Shown here piece after piece: positions 39,635 to 48,494 of a stretch of DNA of 64,000 nucleotides. The stretch lies in the IMG/VR virus record IMGVR_UViG_3300027708_000013. The stretch is one strand, 5' to 3'. Below the pieces are notes generated by a model, which was given only the letters and a program-made list of their open reading frames with translations, did not search any database and had not been told where the DNA came from. A program made the position numbers and the translations under genes. Every line of letters begins with the position of its first letter. Positions within the stretch are counted from its first letter, which is position 1. This stretch comes from a virus (lineage: Duplodnaviria; Caudoviricetes).

Positions 39635-40556
39635 GATATTTTCTAAATCCTGACTCAATGTCTGTGGTGCCACGATAACCAAAGTCTTCGCCGGCACGTA
39701 TGTTACTTAATGTTCCTCTTGATGGAAATCTAGGATTGGCATCGACAATTTTTATTCTGCCACCACCGGCTATCTTCACTGCCAATTCGGCAGCTTCCAC
39801 CAAACTTCTTGCCTCACCTCGGGTAATATTATATGTTCTACCACTGCTGTTGAAATTGACAGCGGCACGAACAATACCATCCACTACATCATCCACATAG
39901 GTAAAATCCAACAGTTCTCTGGCGCCACACACAGTCAATTCTTCATTGCGTATGGCCGAGAGTAAAAATCTACTCACAACTCTATCAACAACATCATGTG
40001 GGCCATACACAGCACTGGGCCGAACCACAACATGGTCAATGCCGGCTGTTCTACAAAGATCTCTAGTAAGAGTTTCACCAGTGAGTTTTAATATTCCGTA
40101 GATGCCACGTGGCCTGCACTGCATGTCTTCATAGGCCAAGGGAGCAAAGTCACCGTACACCATGCTGCTACTGATGTAAACAAATCTGCGTAACTGTACC
40201 TGCTCGCTGGCACGAAGTAGATTTATCAATCCTTGTGTCAACACTTGACTGCCTTCTGCAGGATTTAAATCCACTGCTTTGGCTCGGGGATATGCTGCAC
40301 AGTGTATAACCACATCCGGACGACATTCTTCAAACGCATTTACGACGTAATTGTAGTTTCTAATGTCTACATTGTGTATGCTCTGTGTTGAGATACGGTC
40401 AAGACGTTGTTGATGTAGGGGAGTTAATTCTGCGTCAGGTATAATACCATAGTTGGTAAAGTTGTCCAGCACACAAACTTCATGACCTTGATGTTCTAAT
40501 AGTCGTACTACGTTGTGTCCAATAAATCCAGCACCGCCGGTTACTAGAAATTTCAT
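39600..40556 (-). CDS. NAD-dependent NDP-sugar epimerase/dehydratase
   Basis: VTGGAGFIG, SSSMVYG, YGILK (YxxxK), RPSAVYGP, DFTYVDD. Confidence 0.9.
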   Translation of the reverse strand: MKFLVTGGAGFIGHNVVRLLEHQGHEVCVLDNFTNYGIIPDAELTPLHQQRLDRISTQSIHNVDIRNYNYVVNAFEECRPDVVIHCAAYPRAKAVDLNPAEGSQVLTQGLINLLRASEQVQLRRFVYISSSMVYGDFAPLAYEDMQCRPRGIYGILKLTGETLTRDLCRTAGIDHVVVRPSAVYGPHDVVDRVVSRFLLSAIRNEELTVCGARELLDFTYVDDVVDGIVRAAVNFNSSGRTYNITRGEARSLVEAAELAVKIAGGGRIKIVDANPRFPSRGTLSNIRAGEDFGYRGTTDIESGFRKYHEWITDTLLRR

Positions 40557-41230
40557 TGTACAAATTCACCGGCCATGGGAAATATTTCTGCAATCACACC
40601 AGCACAGGTTTGAGCAATCTCTTGATGCTCCAGTTGTGTGCCGTTGGCACTGCGAAGTTCTATGTAGTGTATCCAACTTCTCAGTGTGCCATTCATGTAG
40701 AGTCTGCTCACAGTGTTGCCTTCGGGCAACACAGCACGGGCCTGTTCCTTGGCAATGCCGTTGCGTACAGCCCATGCATAAGTGTCTCGAGCCAGGTCAA
40801 TCACTGCCTGTTGTCGTTCCTGCCAAGTTTCTCGAAGAATTTGATTAGAAACAGTGTCGTCCAACTCAATGCTGTTCTGACGATTTTTAGTATCTTGTAA
40901 ACGTGCTGGTCTTGTAACAAAACTTAAATCCTGTGTGGGATCTGCATAGCGTTGACTGAACTCTTGGAAACTAAAACTTCTGTGACGCAACATCTGCCTA
41001 GCAATGTCTCTGGTTGTGGTAATTTCCAAACAGGCCGACACCATTTCCAACGGGCTCCAGTGTTGATGTTTGACTAAGTATCTAATCAATCGTTCACTGG
41101 TTTCTGTATTGATTTGATTGTTGGGATTACTAACTCTGGCACAGAACGCTACCAGTTCCTGCACGTTGTCCACTTGTGATGCCAGCATGTCTTGACTGGG
41201 TGCGGAATAACTTATTAGTTTAACTTGCAT
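40553..41230 (-). CDS. thyX: Flavin-dependent thymidylate synthase
   Basis: CARVS, HWSPLE, RHRSFSFQEFSQRY, ARAVLP, MNGTLRSWIHY. Confidence 0.95.
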   Translation of the reverse strand: MQVKLISYSAPSQDMLASQVDNVQELVAFCARVSNPNNQINTETSERLIRYLVKHQHWSPLEMVSACLEITTTRDIARQMLRHRSFSFQEFSQRYADPTQDLSFVTRPARLQDTKNRQNSIELDDTVSNQILRETWQERQQAVIDLARDTYAWAVRNGIAKEQARAVLPEGNTVSRLYMNGTLRSWIHYIELRSANGTQLEHQEIAQTCAGVIAEIFPMAGEFVQ

Positions 41231-41732
41231 GTTTATGTTGTCGTTTAAAAATTGGTGTGTATTTTACCAAGGTTGATCGAAAGTCGGCTGCTACTTCTGC
41301 TTTGACAGGAACAAATCCTGTCAGGAACGTTTTAAGTTCCATCCTAGTATCTATTTTAAACGAACCCTTGACATGTGTCAAGTAAACTGCATCCAGAATG
41401 TTAATGCATGATTCGATTAATCCTGGTCCACCTATGACCCATATTATACGATTGGGGTTTTCCTGTTCCAGTGCAAGTACAGATTCCACAATGTCCCCTG
41501 ACACTGTTCCTGCTGTAGCCACATGACTGTGAGTGGCCACATAGACAATACGTCCCAATAGGGGTTTGGGCATGGCTGGATCATCCCAGGTGCGTCGTCC
41601 CATGACCACTACATGGTTTTGGGTCAGTCGGGCGAACGAGTCAAGATTGTGTGTGGTGCTGGGCCATGGTCTGGTGCCATTGACACCCATACCGCCGTAG
41701 TGGTCCACGGCAAATAGTGCGTTGATAGTCAT
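41220..41732 (-). CDS. folA: Dihydrofolate reductase-like protein (catalytic acidic residue apparently Asn)
   Basis: A.D..GGMG..G..PW, VVMGRRTW, LLGR, WVIGGPG, YLTHV.G.F..DT. Confidence 0.75.
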   Translation of the reverse strand: MTINALFAVDHYGGMGVNGTRPWPSTTHNLDSFARLTQNHVVVMGRRTWDDPAMPKPLLGRIVYVATHSHVATAGTVSGDIVESVLALEQENPNRIIWVIGGPGLIESCINILDAVYLTHVKGSFKIDTRMELKTFLTGFVPVKAEVAADFRSTLVKYTPIFKRQHKHAS

Positions 41733-41735
41733 TGA

Positions 41736-42086
41736 TTATAAATTTTTAAGTAAGTTGTCTGTGATGGGTTGTACTGCTCGAGCAACATGGTCAACACTGA
41801 TAAAAAAGTCGACATTTTTTATAATGTCGTCTAGGGATTCTAATCGATCATTGATACGTTGTTCTAAATCTTCTGGTGCTACACCCTCGGCCAGTAGTTC
41901 TTGGATATCAATATCTACTTGGGTGCCATCTATTAGATTAACAGTGATTGCACGGAGTACAGATACTGGAGCTTGAGCCTTTTCGACTTCTGCCAGTATC
42001 TGTCGCCATTTGTCACGTTCGGTAATAGTTAACTTAAGCCGTTTGTTTTTTCGCGGGGGCTTTTTTGGCTTTGGTTGGTTTGACAT
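41736..42086 (-). CDS. Hypothetical protein
   Basis: 116-aa ORF in the operon; start uncertain. Confidence 0.65.
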   Translation of the reverse strand: MSNQPKPKKPPRKNKRLKLTITERDKWRQILAEVEKAQAPVSVLRAITVNLIDGTQVDIDIQELLAEGVAPEDLEQRINDRLESLDDIIKNVDFFISVDHVARAVQPITDNLLKNL

Positions 42087-42714
42087 TTTTTGCAGGAGTA
42101 GTGAATTCGGCAGCTTCGAGTTCTAATCTCTCTGCTTCTTTTAATAAAGTCTGTGCATCTAATCGCATTTTGGCAGACTGTGCAATACGCTGACTGGCCA
42201 ACTGCTCGTCGGTCAACACATCACTGACAGTGGCAGTGCTGACTACAGCGGGCTGACTGCGACTTGCTGGACTTACACCCACTTCTCTTGGTTCACGACG
42301 TCCGGTCATTCCGGCATTGGCATCTAAATCAGCTAATTTTTTGATGGCCTCTTCGCCCTGGCTCATTTCGTTTAGGATTTTGTTTAATTCGTCCAAACGA
42401 ACTGTGCTTTTGGCATTGGGGGTAATGATGACTTGATTGGTATTCACCTTCTTTAACAGACCTTGAACATGCAGTGCTTCTAGACAGTTGCGTCCATCGG
42501 CCAACACATGACGAAACAGTGCATCGGCCAGTTCTGGACTGTTTTGTCCCACTGGGCTTTCCAACACCTTCATTACATCATCGTGAATCATCTGTGGTAA
42601 TGTGTCGCTGTAAATTACCAGGCACATGTGATCATCGCCGGGAATCTGACGATATGCTAATACAATTCTTTTGCCATTGTGCTTGCCAATGTGCTTGAGT
42701 ACGCCTTGTGCCAT
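42034..42714 (-). CDS. Hypothetical protein
   Basis: 226 aa, AGGAG RBS, Lys/Ala-rich C-terminal tail. Confidence 0.75.
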   Translation of the reverse strand: MAQGVLKHIGKHNGKRIVLAYRQIPGDDHMCLVIYSDTLPQMIHDDVMKVLESPVGQNSPELADALFRHVLADGRNCLEALHVQGLLKKVNTNQVIITPNAKSTVRLDELNKILNEMSQGEEAIKKLADLDANAGMTGRREPREVGVSPASRSQPAVVSTATVSDVLTDEQLASQRIAQSAKMRLDAQTLLKEAERLELEAAEFTTPAKNVKPTKAKKAPAKKQTA

Positions 42715-42716
42715 GT

Positions 42717-42959
42717 TTATTCTCCTTGTGGTGGTGTTGTATCTGCTTCTGTATTAGGAGCAGTTGCAACACCTTGGGCTTGTAAAAATGCAGCTAAACG
42801 ATCATGTAAACCGCCAACTAAAGCCATTTCGTCTGCACGAATAGCACCACGTTGTGCTGTTACTTGAATAGTTTGTAAAGCCAGTGTAAGATCGCTCAAG
42901 GTCAACTGCGGTGCAGGTGCGTCTACTGGGGCTTGTGGTTGTTGTAATTCTTCTGACAT
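42717..42959 (-). CDS. Hypothetical protein
   Basis: 80 aa, GGAG RBS, TAAATA upstream at 42990-42995. Confidence 0.7.
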   Translation of the reverse strand: MSEELQQPQAPVDAPAPQLTLSDLTLALQTIQVTAQRGAIRADEMALVGGLHDRLAAFLQAQGVATAPNTEADTTPPQGE

Positions 42960-43026
42960 GTTATCTCCGTTTAAATAATTAACTACAGTTATTTAACCAG
43001 TGATGCCGGCCACGAAAAAATTTTTA

Positions 43027-43332
43027 TTAGAAAGGGTGATTGTCTGTATTAAACGTAGATAATACCAGTGCAAAGTAACTGGCTTCGCCGGCTGTTTCAA
43101 AGGCTGCTCGTTTTAAAAAACCTGTACTCAATGATATATCGATGGATTGCTGATTCGCCCATGATGCATCGCCGAAGTAAAATCTACCGTCAAGATTTGC
43201 CCAAATCCAGTCTGTGATGTCTTTGTCATCCACCAAGCACTCAAAATCCACTGGTGTGAAGTGTGGCGGACAGTGAGCCAACTGTCGTAGCCCAAACACT
43301 GCCAAGGGATTGGCATCGCCCAGTTTAAGCAT
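43027..43332 (-). CDS. Hypothetical protein
   Basis: 101 aa, overlaps the upstream gene in the operon. Confidence 0.65.
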   Translation of the reverse strand: MLKLGDANPLAVFGLRQLAHCPPHFTPVDFECLVDDKDITDWIWANLDGRFYFGDASWANQQSIDISLSTGFLKRAAFETAGEASYFALVLSTFNTDNHPF

Positions 43333-43678
43333 TTCCCGCGGCCTTTTTTGCCTGTTCAGTGATGGATTGGTTCAGTCGTTCCTGTGTGGCATCACTGACT
43401 TTACCAGTGATCACAGTGATATTTGGTTCATCTGATTGCGGATACTCCACAGTGATTTTATTCACCAACGCTGAATCTGCATCCAGTCTAAATCCACCAA
43501 TGATGTGCCACTGTGACGATGCTTCGGCGATTTCTGTGGCTCTAACCAAATCCTCCAGTCGCATTTCCAATTCCATGATGCGGGCAATGGCCTGATCCAT
43601 GTCCTCGGGTGCATTGTGATGAATGGGTTTTCTATCTACAGGCAAATCTTGTTTATCAACTGCTGTGTTATCGCTCAT
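43325..43678 (-). CDS. Hypothetical protein
   Basis: 117 aa, ATGA overlap, AAGGA RBS. Confidence 0.65.
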   Translation of the reverse strand: MSDNTAVDKQDLPVDRKPIHHNAPEDMDQAIARIMELEMRLEDLVRATEIAEASSQWHIIGGFRLDADSALVNKITVEYPQSDEPNITVITGKVSDATQERLNQSITEQAKKAAGNA

Positions 43679-44088
43679 GCTGTTCCTTGTGTTGTGTTTG
43701 ATTCATGTGGGGGTAATGCCAGTGCTTCAACTCCGCTTTTGTACCAAGCAGTCAAGGGTTCAACTCCCCGGGTCTGAGTCAATTTAATCATACAGCCATT
43801 CATGAACAAGGCTTGGTATTCAATCCAAGCATCTGCCTTGTAGCCACCACGAGGTTCATCTTCACGATAAAATCTTATCAAGCCATCGAATTCGTCGCAC
43901 AGTACCCAGCGTTCATTGGACTTTGTCAATCCGCCACCAAATATACCTTCACCATCTTCCCACTCTGCATCATATTCCTCGTACCACAGCTGATGGTTTT
44001 CAATTTTATAATTGTCCAATGCCTGAGCCGGAGTGTCTTTGGTTTGATACTCGCGTCCTTCAAAATTTAAAAGATCAAACATTCCCAT
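43675..44088 (-). CDS. Hypothetical protein
   Basis: 137 aa, MGMFD..YQTKD N-terminus. Confidence 0.7.
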   Translation of the reverse strand: MGMFDLLNFEGREYQTKDTPAQALDNYKIENHQLWYEEYDAEWEDGEGIFGGGLTKSNERWVLCDEFDGLIRFYREDEPRGGYKADAWIEYQALFMNGCMIKLTQTRGVEPLTAWYKSGVEALALPPHESNTTQGTA

Positions 44089-44108
44089 TTAAGATTTTCT
44101 TTCTGCAA

Positions 44109-44300
44109 TCATAGTCTACCTACGTCTTGGGCCAGTCTATCTATTGCCGCTTGCGAAATCTGTACAATGGTGCTGGGAGGGCAGTTGGCAAGTGCTTCTA
44201 TGGCCAAAGCTATTTGCAACAGCTCCATTCGTTTAATTGTGCTGGATCCAGTATCAATTTCGTTAATTGGTGACATCACGTTTGATGATTCGATTTTCAT
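44109..44300 (-). CDS. Small hypothetical protein
   Basis: ATG at 44300 overlaps the upstream TGA (ATGA); 63 aa. Confidence 0.45.
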   Translation of the reverse strand: MKIESSNVMSPINEIDTGSSTIKRMELLQIALAIEALANCPPSTIVQISQAAIDRLAQDVGRL

Positions 44301-44530
44301 TGTTTTAAAGTCTCCCATATCAGTGTTGGATCGGTTCGCGGAACAGAGGCCACTGGCCGTATCCACCGTTGTTCAACGGCCAAGGCTATGACATCTGCAT
44401 AATACGGGGGGCAGTTTTTAGCGATTTCAATTGCGGCACGGCCGGTCACTGCAACATCACCCTGCAGTTGGAAACTGACATCACCGGGACGCAGTTCGAC
44501 CCATGGAGTTTGTTGTACAGTGATGGTCAT
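44297..44530 (-). CDS. Small hypothetical protein
   Basis: 77 aa; start overlaps the stop of the vWA gene. Confidence 0.6.
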   Translation of the reverse strand: MTITVQQTPWVELRPGDVSFQLQGDVAVTGRAAIEIAKNCPPYYADVIALAVEQRWIRPVASVPRTDPTLIWETLKQ

Positions 44531-45774
44531 TATTCAACGTCCTCATAGTGTACTCCCACTCCAAACTCAGGTTCTGCTGAAGGATTACCTTTGATAATCC
44601 ATACCGTATCACAGTAGTTTTCTACTTCGCTGGGATTCCAGCCAAAGAAGCAGTAGTCAGTAAACATGATCAACTTCTTGGGTTCAATGCCCTGCTCAAT
44701 CAAGTAGTTCCAAACACAGTGTGGATCTGTACCACCACCACCTTTGGGGTCAAAACTGGTAATATCTTCCAAGTTATCACTGGTGAATTCACCTACACCA
44801 CCAATCTCAGTGTCCCAACCCAGCACAGTGATTTTGTATTCACTGTAGGCTTCCATGATGCCTTTGATCTCGCTAAAGAATATTTTCAACTCTGCGGCGC
44901 CAATACTGCCCGAAGTGTCAATGCCAATCACAACATCAATCTGTTCGCCTGGCTTCATACCTGGCAGTATAGCATCCATGCCCCAGCCCTTGCGATTCAT
45001 TCTACCAAAGGTATAGTCTTGTTTGATGGTGCTTTGGATCTGTTGTTGAATCAATTCCTGCCAAGAAATTCTCGGTTCAGTTAAATCTTTAATAAGTCTT
45101 TTGACACCGCCGGGTATGTTGCCAGCACCTGCGGCCTGTGCCGCTTGCAACACAGCATCTTTGATTTCGTCACGTATGGCTTGACGTTCACTGGCAGACA
45201 GTTTGGGACGACCTTTGCCTTCGCCCTCGCCGTCCTCGCCCTCACCATCATCACCATCCAAGTGCTCGTCCAACATCTGTTTCAACAAAGATTCAATGTC
45301 AAGTTTGGTGGCGTTTTTGTACAAGTCATCGTACACTTCTTCGGCACTCATGCCACGATATTTGGTATTGTATAAACCAATTGGAATACGCTCGCCAATA
45401 CGCTGTTCTTCTAAATCAGCATTGACACAGTAGTCATCGGCAATGTTCCACAGTTTAGGATCTCTGCTGTCTCTACGTCCCATGTGATCGTATACCACGT
45501 GCAACACTTCATGCCCAACTAAAAATTCCACCTGCTTTAGTGGCATTTTATTGACAAATTCGCTGTTGTAGTACAATCTTCTACCGTCGGTTGCGGCAGT
45601 GGCACACCAAGCATCGGCATTGACCAACTGCATACGTGTGGCTAGATTACCAAAGAACGGAGCCTTGAGTAGTAAACCAATACGTGCAGTGATGAATTTT
45701 TCACGTGCGGCCTCGTCAATTCTTGGATCAGTCACTGTCACGGGTTTTACGGCTTGTAGTGTTGTCATATGCAA
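44530..45774 (-). CDS. HExxH metallopeptidase-like + vWA domain protein (DUF2201-like)
   Basis: ATDG, HEVLH, DYCVN, acidic linker, IDTSGSI (MIDAS), GGGGT, MFTD. Confidence 0.85.
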   Translation of the reverse strand: MHMTTLQAVKPVTVTDPRIDEAAREKFITARIGLLLKAPFFGNLATRMQLVNADAWCATAATDGRRLYYNSEFVNKMPLKQVEFLVGHEVLHVVYDHMGRRDSRDPKLWNIADDYCVNADLEEQRIGERIPIGLYNTKYRGMSAEEVYDDLYKNATKLDIESLLKQMLDEHLDGDDGEGEDGEGEGKGRPKLSASERQAIRDEIKDAVLQAAQAAGAGNIPGGVKRLIKDLTEPRISWQELIQQQIQSTIKQDYTFGRMNRKGWGMDAILPGMKPGEQIDVVIGIDTSGSIGAAELKIFFSEIKGIMEAYSEYKITVLGWDTEIGGVGEFTSDNLEDITSFDPKGGGGTDPHCVWNYLIEQGIEPKKLIMFTDYCFFGWNPSEVENYCDTVWIIKGNPSAEPEFGVGVHYEDVE

Positions 45775-45896
45775 TTCCTTATTCTATACTAGTATTATAC
45801 TACTTTTCAATTCTCAATGTGTTGTATTTACACTGCAAATAAATTGGAGGACTTACGGCCAATTCTACCTGCCTCCGGCTCAGAGACCGGCTGATC

Positions 45897-46997
45897 TTAC
45901 TTACCGCTTGCGGCAATGATGTACTTACCAAATCTCTTGTGGAATTCGTTGAAGTTAGGCATCTTGCCCGGTACCATTGGTAAGTTGTATGTGGTTAACG
46001 CAACTCTAGCACCCATAACAACAACTTCAGTGGTAAAATTATCCATCATAAACTTCAAGAAACGATCCGCTTGGGCATGCCATTCTGCCAAGTTGGTAGC
46101 GCCAGACTTCTTAAATCTTTCCTGCAATTCATAGCATAAACTAATGGTCAATGAATACATGGCCGAAATTTCTTTGGTCTTTAATTCAGTGGTCTTGCCA
46201 CTTAAAATATCGTCTGGCTTGGGCATGGAACTTGACACCTTGCGATGTGCCATGAACTTGAGAGCAAGTCCTTCGCCCACAGTACCAGCAATCAAGTCAG
46301 TGAGTTCAGCATCAGTGGCATCTTCATCATCCAAGAACTGACTTACAAATGTCCACGATCTTGGTGTAGCAAATGCACGGCTTGAGCTTTTTGGATCAAA
46401 GTCAAACAGGTCCTGTTTGGCAAAGGTCAAGTAACCCACTACATCTTGGTGTACATAATTCTTCACACTCCAAGCGAACCATGAATCAAAGTCCTTACGC
46501 ATTTCCAAGTGTACGAAACGATTGGCAAGCGGAGTAGGCATACGATAGGTGACACCTTTGTCGCTTTCTCTGTTACCCGCCGCCACCATGACTACGTTTT
46601 TAGGCAGGACATACTTGCCACTGCGACGATTCAAAATAAGTTGATAACCTGCGGCCTGTACACTGGGCGCCGCTGAGTTCATTTCGTCCAAGAACAACAC
46701 CACGATGGGGTACTGGCTGGCCAATTCTTCGCTAGGCAAGTCAATTGGAGGAGCCCAATCCATAACTTCTTTGTTCTTGTTGAAGAATGGGATACCACGA
46801 ATATCTGTGGGTTCCATCTGACTCAGTCGCAAGTCAATCATGTGTCCGCCCAATTCTTCTGTTATTTCGGCGATGATTTCGCTTTTACCAATACCTGGAG
46901 GGCCCCATAAAAATACTGGACGTTGTTTTTTGAAACAGCGTAAAATTCTACTGCGAGCATCGTTGGGGCTAACGGTTCTATTTTCAGTCACTGACAT
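45897..46997 (-). CDS. MoxR-like AAA+ ATPase
   Basis: GPPGIGKS, DIRGIP, LFLDEMN, AAGNR, LANRF, TPRSW. Confidence 0.9.
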   Translation of the reverse strand: MSVTENRTVSPNDARSRILRCFKKQRPVFLWGPPGIGKSEIIAEITEELGGHMIDLRLSQMEPTDIRGIPFFNKNKEVMDWAPPIDLPSEELASQYPIVVLFLDEMNSAAPSVQAAGYQLILNRRSGKYVLPKNVVMVAAGNRESDKGVTYRMPTPLANRFVHLEMRKDFDSWFAWSVKNYVHQDVVGYLTFAKQDLFDFDPKSSSRAFATPRSWTFVSQFLDDEDATDAELTDLIAGTVGEGLALKFMAHRKVSSSMPKPDDILSGKTTELKTKEISAMYSLTISLCYELQERFKKSGATNLAEWHAQADRFLKFMMDNFTTEVVVMGARVALTTYNLPMVPGKMPNFNEFHKRFGKYIIAASGK

Positions 46998-47028
46998 AAT
47001 TACTTTCCTTTTGTTAATTGTTACTACT

Positions 47029-47057
47029 ATTATATACGAATACTAATTCCTGGTCTG
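47029..47057 (-). promoter_or_regulatory. Degenerate copy of the early promoter repeat
   Basis: CAGACC-aggaattagtattcgta-TATAAT (17-nt spacer), upstream of the AAA ATPase gene. Confidence 0.5.
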
Positions 47058-47063
47058 TGGCTT

Positions 47064-47396
47064 TTATGCTACTGAGTAAAATTCGGCATCCAATCTGGCC
47101 GACAGTTCTGCCTGTTCGCGACTGCGTTCATCGGCCAACCATTTGGCATGCATGGCTGACTCTTCATCTGACTCTTCAATCACCCAACCCGCGGCACGAA
47201 GTTCTTCGCGACCAGCAAAGGTTGCCTTCATGCGATCCATACAATCATGGATACTATTAATGCTGGACTCCAACCACTCACGACTACGCCATTGTTCCGG
47301 GGTAGCCGAACGTGGACGAGAACCGTAAAAATCCTTGTGGAAATCGCTGAAATAACCTTGTAATTCTTCTACTGAGTATTGGGCTAATGTATTCAT
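47064..47396 (-). CDS. Hypothetical early protein
   Basis: AAGGAG RBS, own promoter, SDFHKDFYGSRPR motif. Confidence 0.75.
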   Translation of the reverse strand: MNTLAQYSVEELQGYFSDFHKDFYGSRPRSATPEQWRSREWLESSINSIHDCMDRMKATFAGREELRAAGWVIEESDEESAMHAKWLADERSREQAELSARLDAEFYSVA

Positions 47397-47427
47397 CGAC
47401 TGCTCCTTAAAATTTAACTATACATAT

Positions 47428-47456
47428 ATTATAACAAATCTGGAATTCTGGGTCAA
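47428..47456 (-). promoter_or_regulatory. Strong sigma70-type early promoter
   Basis: TTGACC-cagaattccagatttgt-TATAAT (17-nt spacer, extended -10). Confidence 0.85.
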
Positions 47457-47731
47457 CCAAACGGCTGATTTTTAAAATAAACTGTAAACGCACGGGCATC
47501 TGCTTTGTGGGTGTCTTGTTGCTGAGCATGCGGTCCACGATAACGAATTCTAACCCGATAGCCCAACTGAGTCAATCCCGATTTCACTGCGTTGTAATGT
47601 TTGATCGGTATCATACGCAGGTCAGGATTGGTGCTGGCCACCTCATACAATTCCACAAACCCAGCAACAAAACTTTGAGTTACAAGATTTGTTGTTGGCA
47701 CTTGTGTATTTTCTGGGCGATAAGTGTACAT
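47453..47731 (-). CDS. Hypothetical early protein
   Basis: 92 aa; its TGA stop lies inside the -35 box of the next promoter. Confidence 0.6.
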   Translation of the reverse strand: MYTYRPENTQVPTTNLVTQSFVAGFVELYEVASTNPDLRMIPIKHYNAVKSGLTQLGYRVRIRYRGPHAQQQDTHKADARAFTVYFKNQPFG

Positions 47732-47732
47732 G

Positions 47733-48200
47733 TTAGTTAGCCTCGTACACTGCCTTCAACTGCTTCATAAATTCAGCACGTAATTTGCCTGCTTCTTTTG
47801 GGCTGATTGTGTCTTTTTCATACTTGACCCGGCGGTCAGTGCCTGGGATTGTTTTATAAACAAAATCGCCGGCCTGTGCAACTTTAACAGTGTTTTTACC
47901 TACGGCAACTGCCCGGGGCTTTTTAACTGTTTTAGTCTTAGCAACAGTGCTTTCATCTTTGATCAAACCTTCCAACAAAGCCGCCGCTTCCACTGTATTA
48001 AAATTTGAATAACGATCTACTAAGTTAGCAAGTACATACCGAGCGGCATCATTTTTAGTCATTGCAGTAGGCAAAATTGTCATACAAATGTCAGTATCGC
48101 CTAATTTGGCCAACTGCTGAGCACGACCAATGTCGTTGGCAGTACGGAATTTTAAACTACCGTTTAAACGGCTAAATCCTGCAAAAGTTACTGTACTCAT
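47733..48200 (-). CDS. Hypothetical early protein (basic)
   Basis: AAGGAG RBS, own promoter, KFRTAND..LP.AMTK motif. Confidence 0.75.
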   Translation of the reverse strand: MSTVTFAGFSRLNGSLKFRTANDIGRAQQLAKLGDTDICMTILPTAMTKNDAARYVLANLVDRYSNFNTVEAAALLEGLIKDESTVAKTKTVKKPRAVAVGKNTVKVAQAGDFVYKTIPGTDRRVKYEKDTISPKEAGKLRAEFMKQLKAVYEAN

Positions 48201-48230
48201 TTAACACTCCTTTTTGTTTACTATACTAAT

Positions 48231-48259
48231 ATTATAACAAACCCTGAATTATGGGTCAA
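48231..48259 (-). promoter_or_regulatory. Strong sigma70-type early promoter
   Basis: TTGACC-cataattcagggtttgt-TATAAT. Confidence 0.85.
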
Positions 48260-48399
48260 CCAAAAAGCTCACGATTTTGATGCTTTTCTTGACGTTTGAA
48301 ACGTGTTTTCAACTCCACTGTACGGCTACGAAAAGGGCTGTTGTTCATAAACAACACTCTATGAGCACGGGTTTTTTGGGGTTTTTGTTTAATTTTCAT
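48256..48399 (-). CDS. Small basic protein (47 aa)
   Basis: MKIKQKPQKTRAHRVLF..; ATG 9 nt after a -10 box; TGA stop inside the next -35. Confidence 0.6.
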   Translation of the reverse strand: MKIKQKPQKTRAHRVLFMNNSPFRSRTVELKTRFKRQEKHQNRELFG

Positions 48400-48408
48400 A
48401 ATACAGTT

Positions 48409-48437
48409 ATTATACGGTATTGCGAATTCTGGGTCAA
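48409..48437 (-). promoter_or_regulatory. Strong sigma70-type early promoter
   Basis: TTGACC-cagaattcgcaataccg-TATAAT. Confidence 0.85.
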
Positions 48438-48439
48438 CC

Positions 48440-48467
48440 AAAAGAAAAGCCCCACGAAGGAGCTTTT
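48440..48467 (-). terminator. Rho-independent terminator
   Basis: Minus strand AAAAGCTCC-TTCGT-GGGGCTTTT-CTTTT, downstream of 48495..49547. Confidence 0.7.
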
Positions 48468-48494
48468 ATTATTAATTTTAGTACTAATTTTTAG

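Noticed and set aside
42971-42996. Inverted repeat TTAAATAA..TTATTTAA
   Set aside because: It is entirely A/T and explained by the TAAATA promoter core in an AT-rich gap; not distinguishable from chance.
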